A stretch of 64,000 bases of DNA from NCBI RefSeq assembly GCF_009914755.1, contig NC_060928.1, one strand, 5' to 3'. The stretch's first letter is position 1. Each line of letters begins with the position of its first letter. The notes under the pieces are model-generated. The model saw only the letters and a list, made by a program, of their open reading frames with translations. It had not been told where the DNA came from and did not search any database. Of the stretch, positions 41,841-56,640 are shown in pieces. Both the position numbers and the translations under genes were made by a program. Source of the stretch: the human T2T-CHM13v2.0 reference genome, Homo sapiens.

Positions 41841-42309
41841 TTTTAGGCATTTTTTCCTAGAAGAAATCTTGACACAAAATTGACATGTGACAGATGATTA
41901 AAGGACTTTCAACTATATTCCAACAATGTAGAAGTAGTCAGGGTACATGGGTTAGCTGATCATGTGGTATCACTGAAATATTTGCATACTTCCACATGCC
42001 TGGGTCACATATTCTGACACTTTAGTTTCAAGCCATGAAGGCCATTGCAGAAGAAATGCTTATTAAAGTAAATACTTATTAAAGTAAAAAGATTGAGGCA
42101 TATGAGTATTTTTTTTCAGCTAAATATTCCAGGTCAGTGAAAATGCAAAGACATTTTAGGTCACAGGAAACCACCTGGGATGTTTCAGCAGCTCATGTGT
42201 AGATTAACCCTGGGACAAGAGGGAGAGGAGAGGACCTTACTTGTCAGGTTCAGGATGACACTGTAGAACTTACATGCTTTCAATTTGATCTTCCCTTCAT
42301 AAAGCTAAC

Positions 42310-42495
42310 ATTCATAACATGTCAAACACTGTACATAACCTATCATCTCTTTCTATCCTCATCACCATCTTATGAAATGTAGTTATTGCAAGTTTAAGCT
42401 TACAGATAAGGAAATAGAGGTACAGAGAGATTAAGTAACTTGGCAAGATCACAAGGCTAGCAAATGGTAAAGCCAAGATCTGAACACAGGCTTTA
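42310..42495 (-). mobile_element. MIR SINE
   Basis: ttacagataaggaaatagaggtacagagagattaagtaacttggcaagatcacaaggctagcaaatgg. Confidence 0.8.
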
Positions 42496-42654
42496 TCCAT
42501 TTAGTTATCTCAATTTCCTACTGTAATGTATATGGACTGCAAGAATGTTAAACTTACAGGAAAACACAGCAACTATTTAGTTAGCCTAACTTCCTTATTG
42601 TATTAGTAGTAAACTAAAGCTCCAAGGATTGTTAAGAGATTTGGGAAGACAGTG

Positions 42655-42900
42655 TGTATACCAGAAGGAGCAAGGTATTTCAACACAAATAACCTGGATT
42701 GGATCAGTAGTTTTACAACCTATTAACTCTCTCATTTGTGCAGATTATTTAACCTTTCTATACCTCAATTCTGTCATTTGTAAAATGAAGGTAATAATAT
42801 CTACTTATAAGGGAGATTTCAAGATTAAATTAGACAATGTATGTAAAGCATTTAGTAGAGTTTCTCACATATAGTAAGGGATCAATAGATGATATTGGTA
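42655..42900 (+). mobile_element. MIR SINE
   Basis: ttatttaacctttctatacctcaattctgtcatttgtaaaatgaaggtaataatatctac..atgtaaagcatttag. Confidence 0.75.
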
Positions 42901-43729
42901 TTAGATTTATTAATAACATTTAATATTAACAATTAATATTATTATTATTGCATAACTACCTAGTAATTATTATTGTTACTACTACAACTACTATTACATC
43001 ATCATCATGATCACCATCATACCAGCTCACAGAGCAGTCAACTGCAAAACCAGGCTTAAAATCTGGTTGCCTAACTTACCATGATGACATATTTTCTTCT
43101 CTATTATAGAAACAACATGAAAACCTCAAACTGAGAAAGCATTTAAAAAAGACTCTTGGCATTCAGAAGGTTATTTGTAACATGTCCATAAAATTGCAGA
43201 TAAGAATGTAAAATAATTTAAATGGCATAGAGTACAAAGAAGCAAATTCAATGCCATGCAATCTTGGGCGCTAATGATGTTTCTCTAGAATATTTTCCAA
43301 GTAAAATATAGAACAATTATATGTATATGTATTGGGTTTTGGCTTTATTCTTTATTTCTTTTGGCTTCTAGATGTGCACTATAAAAACATGGAAGATGGT
43401 CAGTCCTTCTGGTTTTGTAGCATGGATTTGAGAATATAAAAACAGAGGGTCCACAAGCTAACCCAACAGTGGTCTAACTTTATGGAGATATCTTTCTGTA
43501 CAAGCCAACAAATGACAGACCTAAAGCAATTTGGCTTTCTGAGTACTGATGCAGCACTTCAAGAAGCACTTCAAGGAGCCATCTTGCCTCTTTCTTCTCC
43601 CTCATTTGACAAAATGAAATGTTAGGAACATTTACTCCCATGTATAAACTTCTCTAATAAGAATTCAGGGAAGAACACCTTACAACACACTATTTGTCAT
43701 ATATAAACTGTTCCGCATAGTCATTTTTA

Positions 43730-44360
43730 TTACATAAGTAACATACACTATTAGTATGAAAAATTAGAAAAATAAATAAGCTAAAATAAGAAAATTAAAA
43801 TCATTAATAATACCACAGTATGAAATAACTATTGTTAATATTTTGTTGTGTATATTTGCTGACTTTTTCTAAGCATATAAAAATTCATACATAGATAAAT
43901 ATACCAAATTTTAAAGATGCATTATATATAATCCTTTTTCCCATAGCTAAATTTAAAATTTCCATATTATATATAATAATTATATCCCATATCGTGGTTT
44001 TAAATAGTTGCCTGACATTCCATTATGTAGATGTACCATAACTTATTAGTCAAGCCTCTATTAATGGACAGTAGAGTGGCTTCCAATCTTCTTGCTGTTA
44101 TAAACAACTCATTTTTATAAATACACTTGTTTATAAACCTTAGTACACTTGTTTAATATTTCCTTAGAAATAAAGAATTCCCAGACATGGAATTACCAAG
44201 TCAGGGACTGCAAACTTTTAAGATTTAACATGTACTTTGTATTAAGTAATAGGTATGTATTTGTAATATGTATGCATACATTTTGCCATATTTATCTTCG
44301 GAACCAGGTACTGATTTTCACTCCCAGCAGTGGGTATAAACGAGCCTGCCCCACTGCCCT
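43730..44360 (-). mobile_element. L1ME-like 3' end
   Basis: ttccattatgtagatgtaccataacttatt..attaatggaca..ttccaatcttcttgctgttataaacaa..cactcccagcagtg. Confidence 0.75.
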
Positions 44361-45269
44361 TTATGGTTGAGTGAGCCAGCAACTTGCCTGGGCAGTCATG
44401 GCTTCCCACAGAAAAAGTCTATGAAGGCCCTCTACTAGTGCCACCTTTGTGAGACAAGGCAAGGACAAGAGACAACACCCAGCTGTCCCATGGATTGGCT
44501 AACAGCCACTGACAACACCCACATGTACTGTGATATCAGAGGCCAGCAAAGGAAAATATCCAAAAATAACAAAGCAACTGAGAATTGCTGGACACTGTCA
44601 GAGAGAAAATTATGATTTTTAAATGCATATGTGTTTTCCTTTAACAAATAGGACAGGGTGAAAAAGGAGCCATCCACGTTCAGCAAATAAGACTTGCTCT
44701 GAAAAACATTGAAAAAGAGAGAGGAAAGGGAATCATTACAGATTTGGAAAACGTGTGGCAAATTTCCTGGCCAGTAAGAGTAGAATATTAGAATGTCCAA
44801 AGGGGGAAACAAAACAAAACAAAAAAGCCCACTTTCTCCTGTGCCTGGGTAGCATTTTCAATCATTTTCTACCAGCCGATTTAAAAACTGAAACTTAAAT
44901 CTCTGTGAATGCAAGCAAGGGCAAAGCAACAGAATGAGCTAGAACACCCTTTCTGCCTCTGCTGGCTTTGCACGGAAGGCAGCTAGTGCCTGCCTCTAAC
45001 TGGGTCGCTCTATCCTTTCCTGGAGCCCACAAAGCTGAAAGAGAAGACTCAGTGAAGGCAGAGCTGGGGAGACACCAGATGTGGATACCATAGATGAGGA
45101 TGTAGGTGGAGAGGAGGCAATGAAGTGCAATATACACTTGGGGCAAACAAATAAAGTACTGTCTTCTACCCTGTAGGTCATGAGAGAGGAGTTTCTTAAT
45201 TATCTTACAGATAGTTGCATGGTGCCTACTGAAAGGATTCTCCAGTAGCAACTCATTTAAAGCTATGAC

Positions 45270-45570
45270 AAATTATCCCTGTTTTCAAATGGGGAAACTG
45301 AGGCATGCCAAGATTAAATCTTTTGTCTAAGATAATATAGCTAATAAGTGGAAGAGCTGAGATTCGAACCCAAGGAGCCTGGTTCTAAAATCCACAGTCT
45401 TCACCGCATTGGTATGCTGTCTCTCAGGCCAGTTACAATGTAGGACTGAAGGACTGAAGACTAAGGTTCAAGTCCCTGGTCCACCTCCAATTGTCAGCTC
45501 TAAGCTACCTAGGGTAAGTCATATAATTTCTCTAAGCCTCAGACTCCTCCTTGGAGAAACAGGCACAATC
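45270..45570. mobile_element. Two adjacent MIR fragments in opposite orientations
   Basis: aaatggggaaactgaggc..gagctgagattcgaacccaag (-), then ggttcaagtccctgg..gggtaagtcat..tctctaagcctcag (+). Confidence 0.65.
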
Positions 45571-46199
45571 CAGAGATCAGCTTTGTCCTGATCCTCCCGC
45601 TCCAGCCCATGACCCACACCCACCTGGATGCAGAACTCAACACATCTTTGAGTTCCCTGTCCCGTTTTGTTTCCATTGAATTTCAGTCTGCAGTTTCACT
45701 CTCTACTCAAGCACCCACTTAGTCACACTAAAGCATGCTCATTATTCCCCCTTAAAGAATCCTTTGATGTAAAAACATTGGAACAGTGAATCTTGTTTTT
45801 CCAAGCATTTTTTTAGGTGACACAGAAGAGGGAGGGGAAATTCATTGCATACTGCAGAAAAAAATTTTTTTAATTCCCCATAAGTATTCCCATCAGTCCC
45901 TTTGCTCCACATTGTCAAGAAGAGGAAGGTACTCCCAATGCCATTTCTTTCAGTTCCCCAAACTGTTAACTGTCTATTCTTTCGAATGTTTCCCTAGGCA
46001 TGTTAGAGTCTCACCTGTTTCTTGTAAACTGGACATCACTTATTTATTTATAAATAATGTAACAGCTATGATGCTCTAATTAGATCATGCATGTGAAAGT
46101 ACCTCATACAAATGAAGTGGTACATTAATAGAAGATATCATTAATATTCACCTGCAAGATGTTACAAGTCAAATAACTTAAAACATTGACTTATCTAAA

Positions 46200-46492
46200 C
46201 TTTTTTTTTTTTTATAAAGTTGTGGTCTGTCACCCAGGCTGGAGTGCAGTGGCACCATCTAGGCTCAATGCAGCCTCCACCTCCCAGATTCAAGTGATTC
46301 TCCTGCCTCAGCCTCCTGAATAGCGGGGACTATAGGTGCCCGCCACCAGGCCCGGCTAATTTTTGTATTTTTAGTAGAGATGGGGTTTCACCATGTTGGC
46401 CAGGCTGGTCTCGAACTCTTGGCCTTAAGTAATCCACCCACCTCAGCCTCTCAAAGTGCTGGGATTACAGGCATGAGCCACCATGCCTAGCC
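46200..46492 (-). mobile_element. AluS (Sx/Sz-like)
   Basis: Complete antisense Alu with poly(T); TSD remnant ttatctaa(a/g)c. Confidence 0.92.
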
Positions 46493-47149
46493 AGTTTATC
46501 TAAGCTTATGATTGACAAGTGCATGACGGAGTTATTAGAAGGAGCATTTCTATGCATTGGTGATTGATGCCAGGTTAACACTCTCCCACAAACAATGCCT
46601 TCCTGGGAAGCTGCATCAGAGCCAACACAGAGCTGATTAGACAAATTTATGAATCTGCATTCAAGCTCCTCTTTCTTAAAAATGCAAATAGCCCTCTCTC
46701 ACAATTTTTTATTTAATCCTACTGGTCTTTCTCTTACTAGTTTTTCTTATTTTACAAAAGTTTCAAATATATAGTCTATATTCACTGCCTCCTTTTTTTT
46801 TTTCTCAACACCTGCTTCCTCCTGCTCACCTAGGAATATGGACTCTCTCTCCTCTCTCCGGTGCCATAATGAAAGGTTGTGGACAACAATGTTTGTAAAT
46901 CCACAAAAAACTCCCTGTTGTGAAATACAATGGCCATGTCACCTTCCTCATTCTCTGGCGTTCTTGACTGAATTTGACATTTTCAAGGAAACCTAGGGAA
47001 AAGTTTGAGGTAAGAGGAGTCCTCCTTAACAACAGACAAGACTAATCAATTTGTTCAATGATCTTTTATTAAAAGAATCATAAAGGGAATGTATTTTAAA
47101 TACTTGCTCTGCCAACTTAGGCAGCATCATGACATGAAGGTACAGCTAG

Positions 47150-47662
47150 TCTGTGAAAATTCTTCTAAATTATAAGGCTCATATGTAAAAGAAACTTGAT
47201 AGAAGTCTTCCCAAATTTGACAGCAACCCTAAAAATGTATGGCATTACCAGTAACAAGCTATAAATCTGAAACAAACTTTTCTACGTTATTAATAATACA
47301 TACATTTAAATCAATCATGTTTTAGAGAAAAGACTGAATTCTTTTTGTGTTCTCTTTATGAAAAATATTACAAAATTGTTGTCTCATGCAGAGGTGATAA
47401 AAAAAGAACGTAGCCAAAAAGTAGGGTAAAAAGATAATATGGAATTTTGCAAGGCACTGTATTAATAAAAACCATTATGTTATTTTTCTGGAAGTTAAAG
47501 TATATATGGCATTTCTCAGATTTTATTAGTTGGCAACTTCTTGTGATTTCCTATCTGTAATAAATATTTACCTTTTATACAATTTTATATTCATAACTTT
47601 ATATTTTTTAAGGAGTGTATTCCAAAATTGTATAAGCTTCAGATCCTTCCAAATCTGCATCC
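47150..47662 (+). mobile_element. Zaphod-like hAT-Tip100 transposon 3' part with dimerisation-domain remnant
   Basis: Translates with frameshifts to LIEVFPNLTATLKMY/LPVTSYKSETNFSTL/EKRLN..ITKLLSHAEVIK. The end ccaaaattgtataagcttcagatcc..aaatctgcatcc resembles the Zaphod terminus. Confidence 0.75.
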
Positions 47663-48399
47663 TATTAATTATATACTAGTTCTTCTATCATAGAAATATA
47701 GGCTATTAAATCAAGTGCTCTCCTGGATAATAGAAGTGAAGTGTTATTATCAAACTCTTGTCAGTAACAGATTCCTTTCTCACTTCTGCCATCTTCCTGG
47801 ACTCCCTACCATTTCTCTGTATGTAAGTATACTTACAAGCATGTGACATGCAGAGAATATAAAGATAAATAGATAATACCCCCACCTCGAGTAGATTAGA
47901 GCCCCGTGAGGGGAAGAAGACATGTAAGTTAATAATTAAGCAACAACCTGATAGCCGTTCTAAAGGAGTTAAGAGCTCAGAAGGGGAGAAATTGACTCTA
48001 CCTTAGGAATTCGGGAAAAGTGTCACAATAAAGGTAAGAGCCAAACTGGGCATAAGAAAATAAGAGGGAGTATGCCTGGCAGGGGAGGGAGACTGCATTC
48101 CCATGGGGAACATCGCAGGTTAATTTATGTGAGCAAAGCATCAAATCCAGTGCTATGATGCACCAATTAGATCATGGATGTGAAAGTACCTCATACAAAT
48201 GAAAGTGATACATTAAATGAAACGATGCATTATTCTAAAGAACATAGTCCAATATGCTGTGCTGGCATACAAAGAACAAACAAAAACAAGCCACTCCCCA
48301 AAAGGGAAGAGTCACTAGCTTCTCAGAATAATTCACAAATCATAAGCTTATATGTTGCATCCTTTAATGTACCAAACATTTATAAATCTTGAAAATTGT

Positions 48400-48610
48400 G
48401 GGCTCAAGCCTTGGTATCAAAGAAGCCTGAACACTGAATCCTCCAACACATTTTAGCTGTGTCATCTGGAACAATGGGTAATTTTTAAGGCCTCGGTTTT
48501 TTCATCTGTAAAATGATCACATTAGTAGTTATATCAAAAATTTGTCATGAGGATTAGACCAGCCACGCATGGCATGAAATAAAGCTGACCAAATGTTATT
48601 TGTTAATAAG
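48400..48610 (+). mobile_element. MIR SINE
   Basis: tagctgtgtcatctgg..gcctcggtttttttcatctgtaaaatg..tgtcatgaggatta. Confidence 0.65.
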
Positions 48611-51600
48611 TGAAGCTAGCATATCCAAGTTTTTCTAATATTGAAGATAGATGAGAACTGCACATCTCTTTGTTACCCTGATAATTAAGGGGAAAGTCAG
48701 CACCTGTCAGCCAAAAACAATCAAGCTGAAGGCAGGAATGTTCTTGCAAATAGCCAGAGCATTCCAAAGAATTCCAGAAATGCTCTCACATTCTCTATCA
48801 CATTCCTTTAAGCACAGATTAATTTAAACAAACAGCCTAATCACGCCATATCAGAAACGTACACACAGGAAACAAAGGCCAAAAACTAAGTCTCAATGAA
48901 AAATAGCCATCTTGTAAGGAAATAAGCACATCATTCTTATGCCAGAAGACATGGTTTCAAATATATTTCTGCAGAAGCCAGTCTCTTCATGTCGAGGCTC
49001 AGTAGGAGCATCACCAGGCTGTGCTACTTCACACTCCTTAGCAGGGAACATCATCTTAGACAATTGTCCCTGAAGCATAGCTTGATCCTTTCCAGACTTA
49101 ATAGAGTGGACTGCTTGTTTAATGGTAAAATGTGTGCATTCTGAAGAAGGGACATCAACCTCCTCAATTTAATTAGAGAACCGTTATAAAGAAGTGAACC
49201 ATGTTATGCTTTAGCCCAGTAGGCTACTAACCCTGAAAAACTGGGAAGGAGCAGATGATACATCTATAATATCTTCTCACAGTAAGCCTGCCTCTTGGTT
49301 TTTGTGACTGAAGATTCTGAGATGGTCAATATTTGCAGGATGGTCTGACAAATGCGGCTGTAATAGCAACAATCTGTGAGTATGGGCTAGTCTGGTTTTA
49401 TTTGTAGTTTGTTGGTACTTCAGTGGGTCCATAACTTAGAACATGAAATATGTATTAATTTCTTAGGCATGTAACAATTATTTCTCCAGAGCACAAAAAC
49501 ACAAGGATTTATGCACCAAAAGTGTTTGTAGTCAGACCTGACTCCCTGCTGGCCACAATCATATAAGAATGTACAAATGTGGAACACTTCTGAATTTATT
49601 CATTTCTTAGCTTTCTCCTAATTACTAATTTCACTTAATGAACTGTGCCAGAAGATCATAACTACCCTGACCAACAGTTTTTAATAAGACAAACAATAAG
49701 CCATGAAGAGAGAAGGGCCAAATTACTTATCGAAGAAGGATTTACATGAAATGAGGGCTGAATTGTTTAACTGGAAGGGCCACATCTACAGGTCTCCTTA
49801 CATGAGACCATAATGAAAACCAACAGATGTGAGAGCACAGGATACAGTCCTGAGCAGCCCTTCAGCCACACCTGCATATTTAGCTACAACTTCTGAAGAC
49901 AAGAAGCACTGGTGGACTTAATGGCTTCTTATTACCAAAGCGAACAATTAAATCTGGCCCTCTGAGAACAAGGGATCATAGAACATCTTTAGGGAAAATG
50001 TTAAGTGTACTTTTTGTGGCCCATCAGAGGATCATTACATAGTGGCACTGAATTAAGCCTTGACTTAAGGTAACATGAGTATGGGAGAGAAAAAATTGCA
50101 TTTAAGAATGTTTCATTTAATGGGAGGCTCGGAGAAAATGTAGTTGATAATGGATGTCATTTGCTCGCCTCCAGCCACACACACCTTTATCCTTTGTTGC
50201 CCCCCATCTCAATGTTAAAAAAGAAGTCCCCCAAAATGTTTTATTAAGGGAATTGTTAAGGGTTTCTACAATTTCCACAGCCACCTTATTCAGGACTCCA
50301 CTGCACCAGTCATGTGTGAATGAAGGGTAGTATTTGTGTTAGCAGATAGCTGGGACACCTGACAGTCTGCCTTTATCCTCTCAGCTGGTTCTGGTGTCTC
50401 TCTCAGATTTGGGATATACCAACAGTCCACAGGATTTCATATGTATCTGACTAGAAAAAGTTAGATATGATCATATTAACACTTAAAGCAGTGTTTCCCA
50501 AGTAATGGCTCTCAGAGAAAATGATAGTATGTATTTATACTCAGCAGTAATCAGACAAGTCAGTGTGTCTAGAAGTAACTAGCTGGGGAAGGAGAGGAAA
50601 GTGAAAGTAGTGATGGGGAGGAGGGGGCTCCAGGCACTCTAAGTCATGCTCTGCCAGCCTGGGCTTCATGGATCAATATCGACCTACACCCAAGAACCCA
50701 GAACAGCATCCGCCAGAGAAACACTCCCTTAATGGATACGGATGGTTCAAGCATTTCCTTGGGAAAATAAGTAAGATTCTAAGGTCCTCCGTGGTATCAT
50801 GAGCCTTTATGTGATGAAATAGGGATTATGAGTCAATATTATTTAGTCTCATAAAGAGAAAGGGACACAGGATAGGTGCTCCAATAATCTTCGCTATTGC
50901 ATTCATGTTTTAAATACCAACCAATACAAGAACCTCAGAATGCAAAATTGAGCTATACTACGCATTCGCAAATCAGATACAAACTTATTTACCCTCAACC
51001 TGAAAGAAGTCAGGGTGAACCTAACATTTAAAAGAAATGTATTAAATCTTTACAATTCTTTTCTTCTTTTTCTTGTTTCATTTTTTTTCATTGTCGTCCG
51101 TGATGTAGGGAAAAAACAGAAGGTATTTAAAGTGAGTAAATATTCTGTGAATTTTCTTAGTCTAATCCTCTTTAAAAATGTAAAAAGTAGTTGACTATGA
51201 CAGTGTGGTAGAGACAGCAAGAATTAGCCCAAGATTGGATGATTTCCACAAAGAACTTGCAAGCTGGGATACATATACAACCACTTTCTGAGATGCTTTC
51301 TCTGGTAGTTCAGATACTCTGACCTCAGTTAGACAGAACAGGCTGCATACCATCTTAGCAAGATTATAAACAAAAATATCAAAATGGTTTAGAAAGGAAA
51401 TAACACTAACCATCTGAAACTGCTACTGATAGAAAGCAAGTGTAGAAGTTGAAGATCATATGAGTCACTTTAATAACCATCTTAATAATAACTTTGTTCA
51501 AAGCTGCTACTTGTAGCTCTTAAAATGATTAACAATTATTGTTATTCTCTGTGATGCAATCACCCACAGGATTATAGACGTGGTGAACCATGTAGAGAAA

Positions 51601-52014
51601 AGGTTTTTGAGTGAGGTCCTCAACCATATTGGTAAGCTTTCAATAAATTATCTATGGCATGTGAGGCACTCTCTAAGGATATAGTGGCAAATAAGACCCA
51701 GAAGTCAAGTAGAATACTACTACCAAAGACTCCAATTTTATTTTCTTGCTGAGAAAAATGGGGTCCAGTGGACTTGTAGTCATTAAAAGTAACCATTTGC
51801 ATACACTTCATAAAATTATATTAATACCTCTATGATAATATCTCTCCAATATCTCTATGTTAGGAATTTATGATTCATCTACATTTTCTCATGGTACTAA
51901 TATTTTATATGATTCTGTAGAGTATTGCTTTAATAGAACTACAAGTTTGGGTTGGGAGCAAGATGACTTAATTGCATGATTTCAGGGCCACCATTCACAT
52001 AGCATTCAATATGA

Positions 52015-52435
<421 letters not shown>

Positions 52436-55400
52436 AGAAACATCCTTCTAAGCAAATTTCACTTATAAAATGTTTTCTCAATGAGGAGTGTTAGGAAACA
52501 AAAAAATATATGTTTAAAATGAGAATGTTCGAGCCATTGATTTGAAAAGCAAAAGTCCACAATGAGAGAGAGAAAGTTTCTAAGTACAGGAAAGATATTA
52601 GAGCTGCCTAGTTGTCACTCTAGGTTCCTTAATCAATTAGAATAAGAAAAGCTCCTCTTATCCCTAACGTTCTCCACCAAAGACCCAACAGAAGACAAAG
52701 CCTTAACGAAAAGACATTCACCAGAATTACCACCAAAATGGGCGGGAACTGAAGAGAGAAAAGATAGGAGAGGAGTATCAGTTACAGGGAGAAGGAAGGC
52801 ATCCAAACTGAAATATATTGGCTTGTTTTAGGTTCTGAAAAATATAAACAGTAAGAGACTTAATAGAATGATGGAGGAAAGCCAAAGTGGACAAGTCCTC
52901 TGAAGGAAGCAATAGAAAGAATTCCATCCCACACACAGCACATTCTGCCATGTCTCTCTGCAGCAAAAGAAGTGTCTGCTTGACCTGCCTAACATGCTAC
53001 TTAACAACAATGCTACCATCAACAGCCACCTTTGCTATCAGCAGCTGCAGTGGGATGCTTATTGACTATGTGCTCTACTAAACACGGCATATAGATGACT
53101 TAACTTCATCCTTCAAGTACCCTTATGAACGACATCCTATTATTTTCCCTGTTTTTACAAAAGAGGAAACCAAGTCTTAGAAAGTTGGAGTAACATTTAC
53201 AACTTTCTGTTAGTTGTTCAGAGTTGTAAGATTCTTCACCCACATTTATAGATTAAAATTATAGATTAAATTATAGATTAAAATTAACCTCCATCCTGCC
53301 TCATTAAAGTTGAGGGAATTCTGCACTCCTCCACCTGCATAGTGATACTAGCATACAAGCTTTTATCTGTTTCATTGACCATGATCTTATAATTATCATA
53401 TTGCAACACAGCCCCCATGCTGATGATCCAGACTATTGCACCACCAACTATCAAGTCTTGTTTTTAACAAAACTTCACTAATATCCCCAGTAACAATAAA
53501 ACTTCTAGGTTAACAATCAGACAATATTGCAGTTGACTTTAGTGGGCCATCATTTGAATATACCTACCTAATTATGTAGTCAAATTATTTGCCCTTGAGT
53601 AACTCTAAGAAATTCCTTACTTTGTGTAGAACACTTGCAATTAGAAATAGATTCCTATGCAGATTACATTCCCTATTTGGTGCATCATTCAACTACTGGA
53701 TAGTAATAAATGTGGTTTTCTAGGCATATTATGCATCCTAATAGTTGAAGCACACACAAAGCAATGTAATGTGTTACCATACATATATAAAAACAACGTA
53801 CATAGTAGCCAAATCACTATAAACAAGATTTATTAAAATTGCAGGAACAGACTAAATGCTCAGAAAGTTGTTGCTTGCCAGATTTGTCAGGCATTTGAAG
53901 TATCAGAGAAAATCAGCTATATTAAAGTTTTAAACACTTTTTGAAGTGGTTAATGAATTTAATTTATAAATGAGGCTGTTTGGAAACATGGAATCAAGTT
54001 TGCAAACATCATATGAAGTCATTGTCAGTGGGCAGGATGGTTCCTGAAGCTCTTCTATAGGACATTTCAGTTTGATTAATATTTTTAATTTATTCATTTC
54101 TTCATCCCAGGATTACATATTAGTCCCCTAACCAAGAAGAACAGAATGATCATATTAGTCTATAACCACTAATGTTAACATTTCAGCTTATCAATAGAGA
54201 ATCTGCATTCTATTTCCAAGGGTGATTCTTCTTAGGCTACAGTTAATTGAGGTAAACCTACTTTTATAGTAATGGGATTATAATCATTCCAATATTAATT
54301 TTTCACAATGTTTAATTCACACTTGAATTACATGTGAGTTTGGTAATAGACCAAATTATGTGCAATGATACATGAGTCCTTAGACTGTAAAGTTTTGAAT
54401 GCATCAATTTAAATCTAACTTCACTTTATCTCATTTTATCCCGATACAAAAGTTTTTCATGTTTTCCTTTTTCTATCCTACCAGTTTCTCTCCTATGTAA
54501 TGTATAATATTTTCTTATTAACATTAATATACTATCATATATTGTTATACCAAATTATTATTTAAATTCATATTTAAAGTTTTCATAACTTCGATTTTAA
54601 AAATAAACTTAAATCTTATCCAAGCATATTATAAAATAATACCTATGGTGGGGAATTTTTCCAACATCACTACTTCCTAATTCAGAAAAAATTAGTGTTA
54701 GAGACCAACTTTGAAAGGTCTTTAGATAAATACAATTATTTCCCTCAAAGTAGAAATATAAAATAATGCAACCCAATTAATATCAAGTTAAATATACTAC
54801 ATAAAATTAAAATTTTAAATTATTAGAGAAATAGATTAAATTTAATGATTTTATGTATTTCTTGATAGAAATAGAAACGATCTATACTTTGATCAATATT
54901 TTTGATCTAATGCAATAAATACATCAAAGAATTTAAGAATAACAATGCCTATAGATTTATTTTGTCAGGATTCTGAAATTGGTTATTTAGAAAAACAACA
55001 GCACGTTTGTATTAAAGAGAATTCTTCAAGCATAATAAGTATGTATTATAAGTACAAATCTTTTATTATCAGTTCAGATAGTGGTATAAGGGATTTTTAA
55101 AGTAAACACAAAAATTAAAAATCAGAAAATTATAGACATCGAAAATATTAGCTTTTTTTGCTCTAGGCCAAAGCCAGAATTTTTTCTTAGATTAAAATAT
55201 AACATTCTTGATCCGTATGCATTCTTTTGAAAATACTTGGTCATCACTAAGCAAACACATTATTTTTTAAAAATTTACTATTCACATGTACATATACACA
55301 CTTAATGTGTCCAGAGATATTTTTCTTCATTGCATACAAGGAAATCTCCAAACTAAAAGTTTTAAACTTTCCATGTTTATAAAATGCATTTTAAAATTTT

Positions 55401-56009
55401 AACTTTGAACTAACATATTTAATATATAAGTCCAAAAAGTTGAATTTATAAACTCCATAGAAAAACAATCACCATCAAAATCGAATTTTTTAAAAAATTG
55501 ATATTTAAACATTGGGGCAATTAAGCATGTTATTTACTTCTTAATGAGCTGATTAGAATTATTTTTATTATAAAATTATTTCAATAACTCTGAAATGACA
55601 CTGTTATGATTTGTAGTTTAGTCTGCTGGTTGGAATCGCCCTTGCGATAGAGAAAGATGATCACTTGTTAGTAATTAGTAGACATACTAATACGCATTCA
55701 TATATGTCGATTCTTTCTTGTAGGAACAAACATTTATATTTTCTAACAAATTCATATACACATTTAAATGCTTTTATTTTCCTGTTTAGAAGGTACCTAC
55801 CACAAACAGATGATATTTGAGACTCTGATCTCTTTCATCACAAGGTTTTCCTTTGGTGATCTCATCTGCTTGGTCAAATCACAGAGTTGAATTCTAGAGC
55901 TCTAAAGTTTATGTCGTACTCTTGTCACAAGGTACTAGTTTAAAAGAAACAAAAACGCTATTTACAGTTAAAGTGATGTATATTTGAATCCATATTACAG
56001 CAAGATTGG

Positions 56010-56640
56010 GTAGACATTTACTAATCTTATTTTCCTTTTCTCCAAAAAGAAAGGAAAAATAAAACTCCCAGTGTTTTCTGCAGTTGAGTTAATTACAGGT
56101 ACCTGGGTTCTGGCCAGTGATATATAGAAGGAAGCAATTTACCATTTTCATGCCTATTTCATAAAATTCAATGCATGGTCATCCATAAAGGCAACAATGG
56201 AGACTATGCAATGAAAATGGCAGAGCAACTTCAACTGCATCAGACAGGGAAGTAAATCTTAATTTACTAAGCCACTGAGAGTCCCAAGCTTGTTTATCAC
56301 TGCACCACAACTTAGCCCAACCTGACTAATACTGGCAGTGGATACTGTATCATGAAACTTTTAAGATGTGGCAGAGCATCAGGCATCAAAGAAGCTAATT
56401 CACAGGCTGGAAATACGGTGATCTAAGTTGCACAATGAGAAGCAGGTTGTAAAACTATTATCAATGATAACTTAATAGACAAGACTACAGCCCACTGCAT
56501 CAGAGGCTCTAGAGGAAGAAAATGGAAAGATGTAATACCCATAGTGTATCTTGGCTAATATAGGCTGCATTTGGCAAGGCATTACATAAAAAAGATAAGC
56601 TCAGGAAAGATTTGGCTAGTTTGGAACACTAAATTATCTC
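56010..56640 (+). mobile_element. Old MLT1 (H/I/J-like) LTR followed by MaLR-internal-like sequence
   Basis: ttctggccagtgatat..gaaaatggcagagc..taagccactgaga..ttagcccaacctgactaatac (LTR end ~56331). Confidence 0.55.

Noticed and set aside
48074-48090. cctggcaggggag resembling the U1 snRNA 5' end
   Set aside because: Only ~13 nt match and the rest of U1 is absent.
48893-49078. Minus-strand acceptor-like tgcttcag followed by an open frame
   Set aside because: No convincing donor and no recognisable peptide.
53247-53286. Short AT-rich tandem (ttatagattaaaa)x3, and a 16-bp doublet near 42059
   Set aside because: Ordinary slippage repeats with no further signal.
54300-55620. Very AT-rich ~1.3-kb stretch
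   Set aside because: No periodicity, ORF or recognisable element that I can support by eye.
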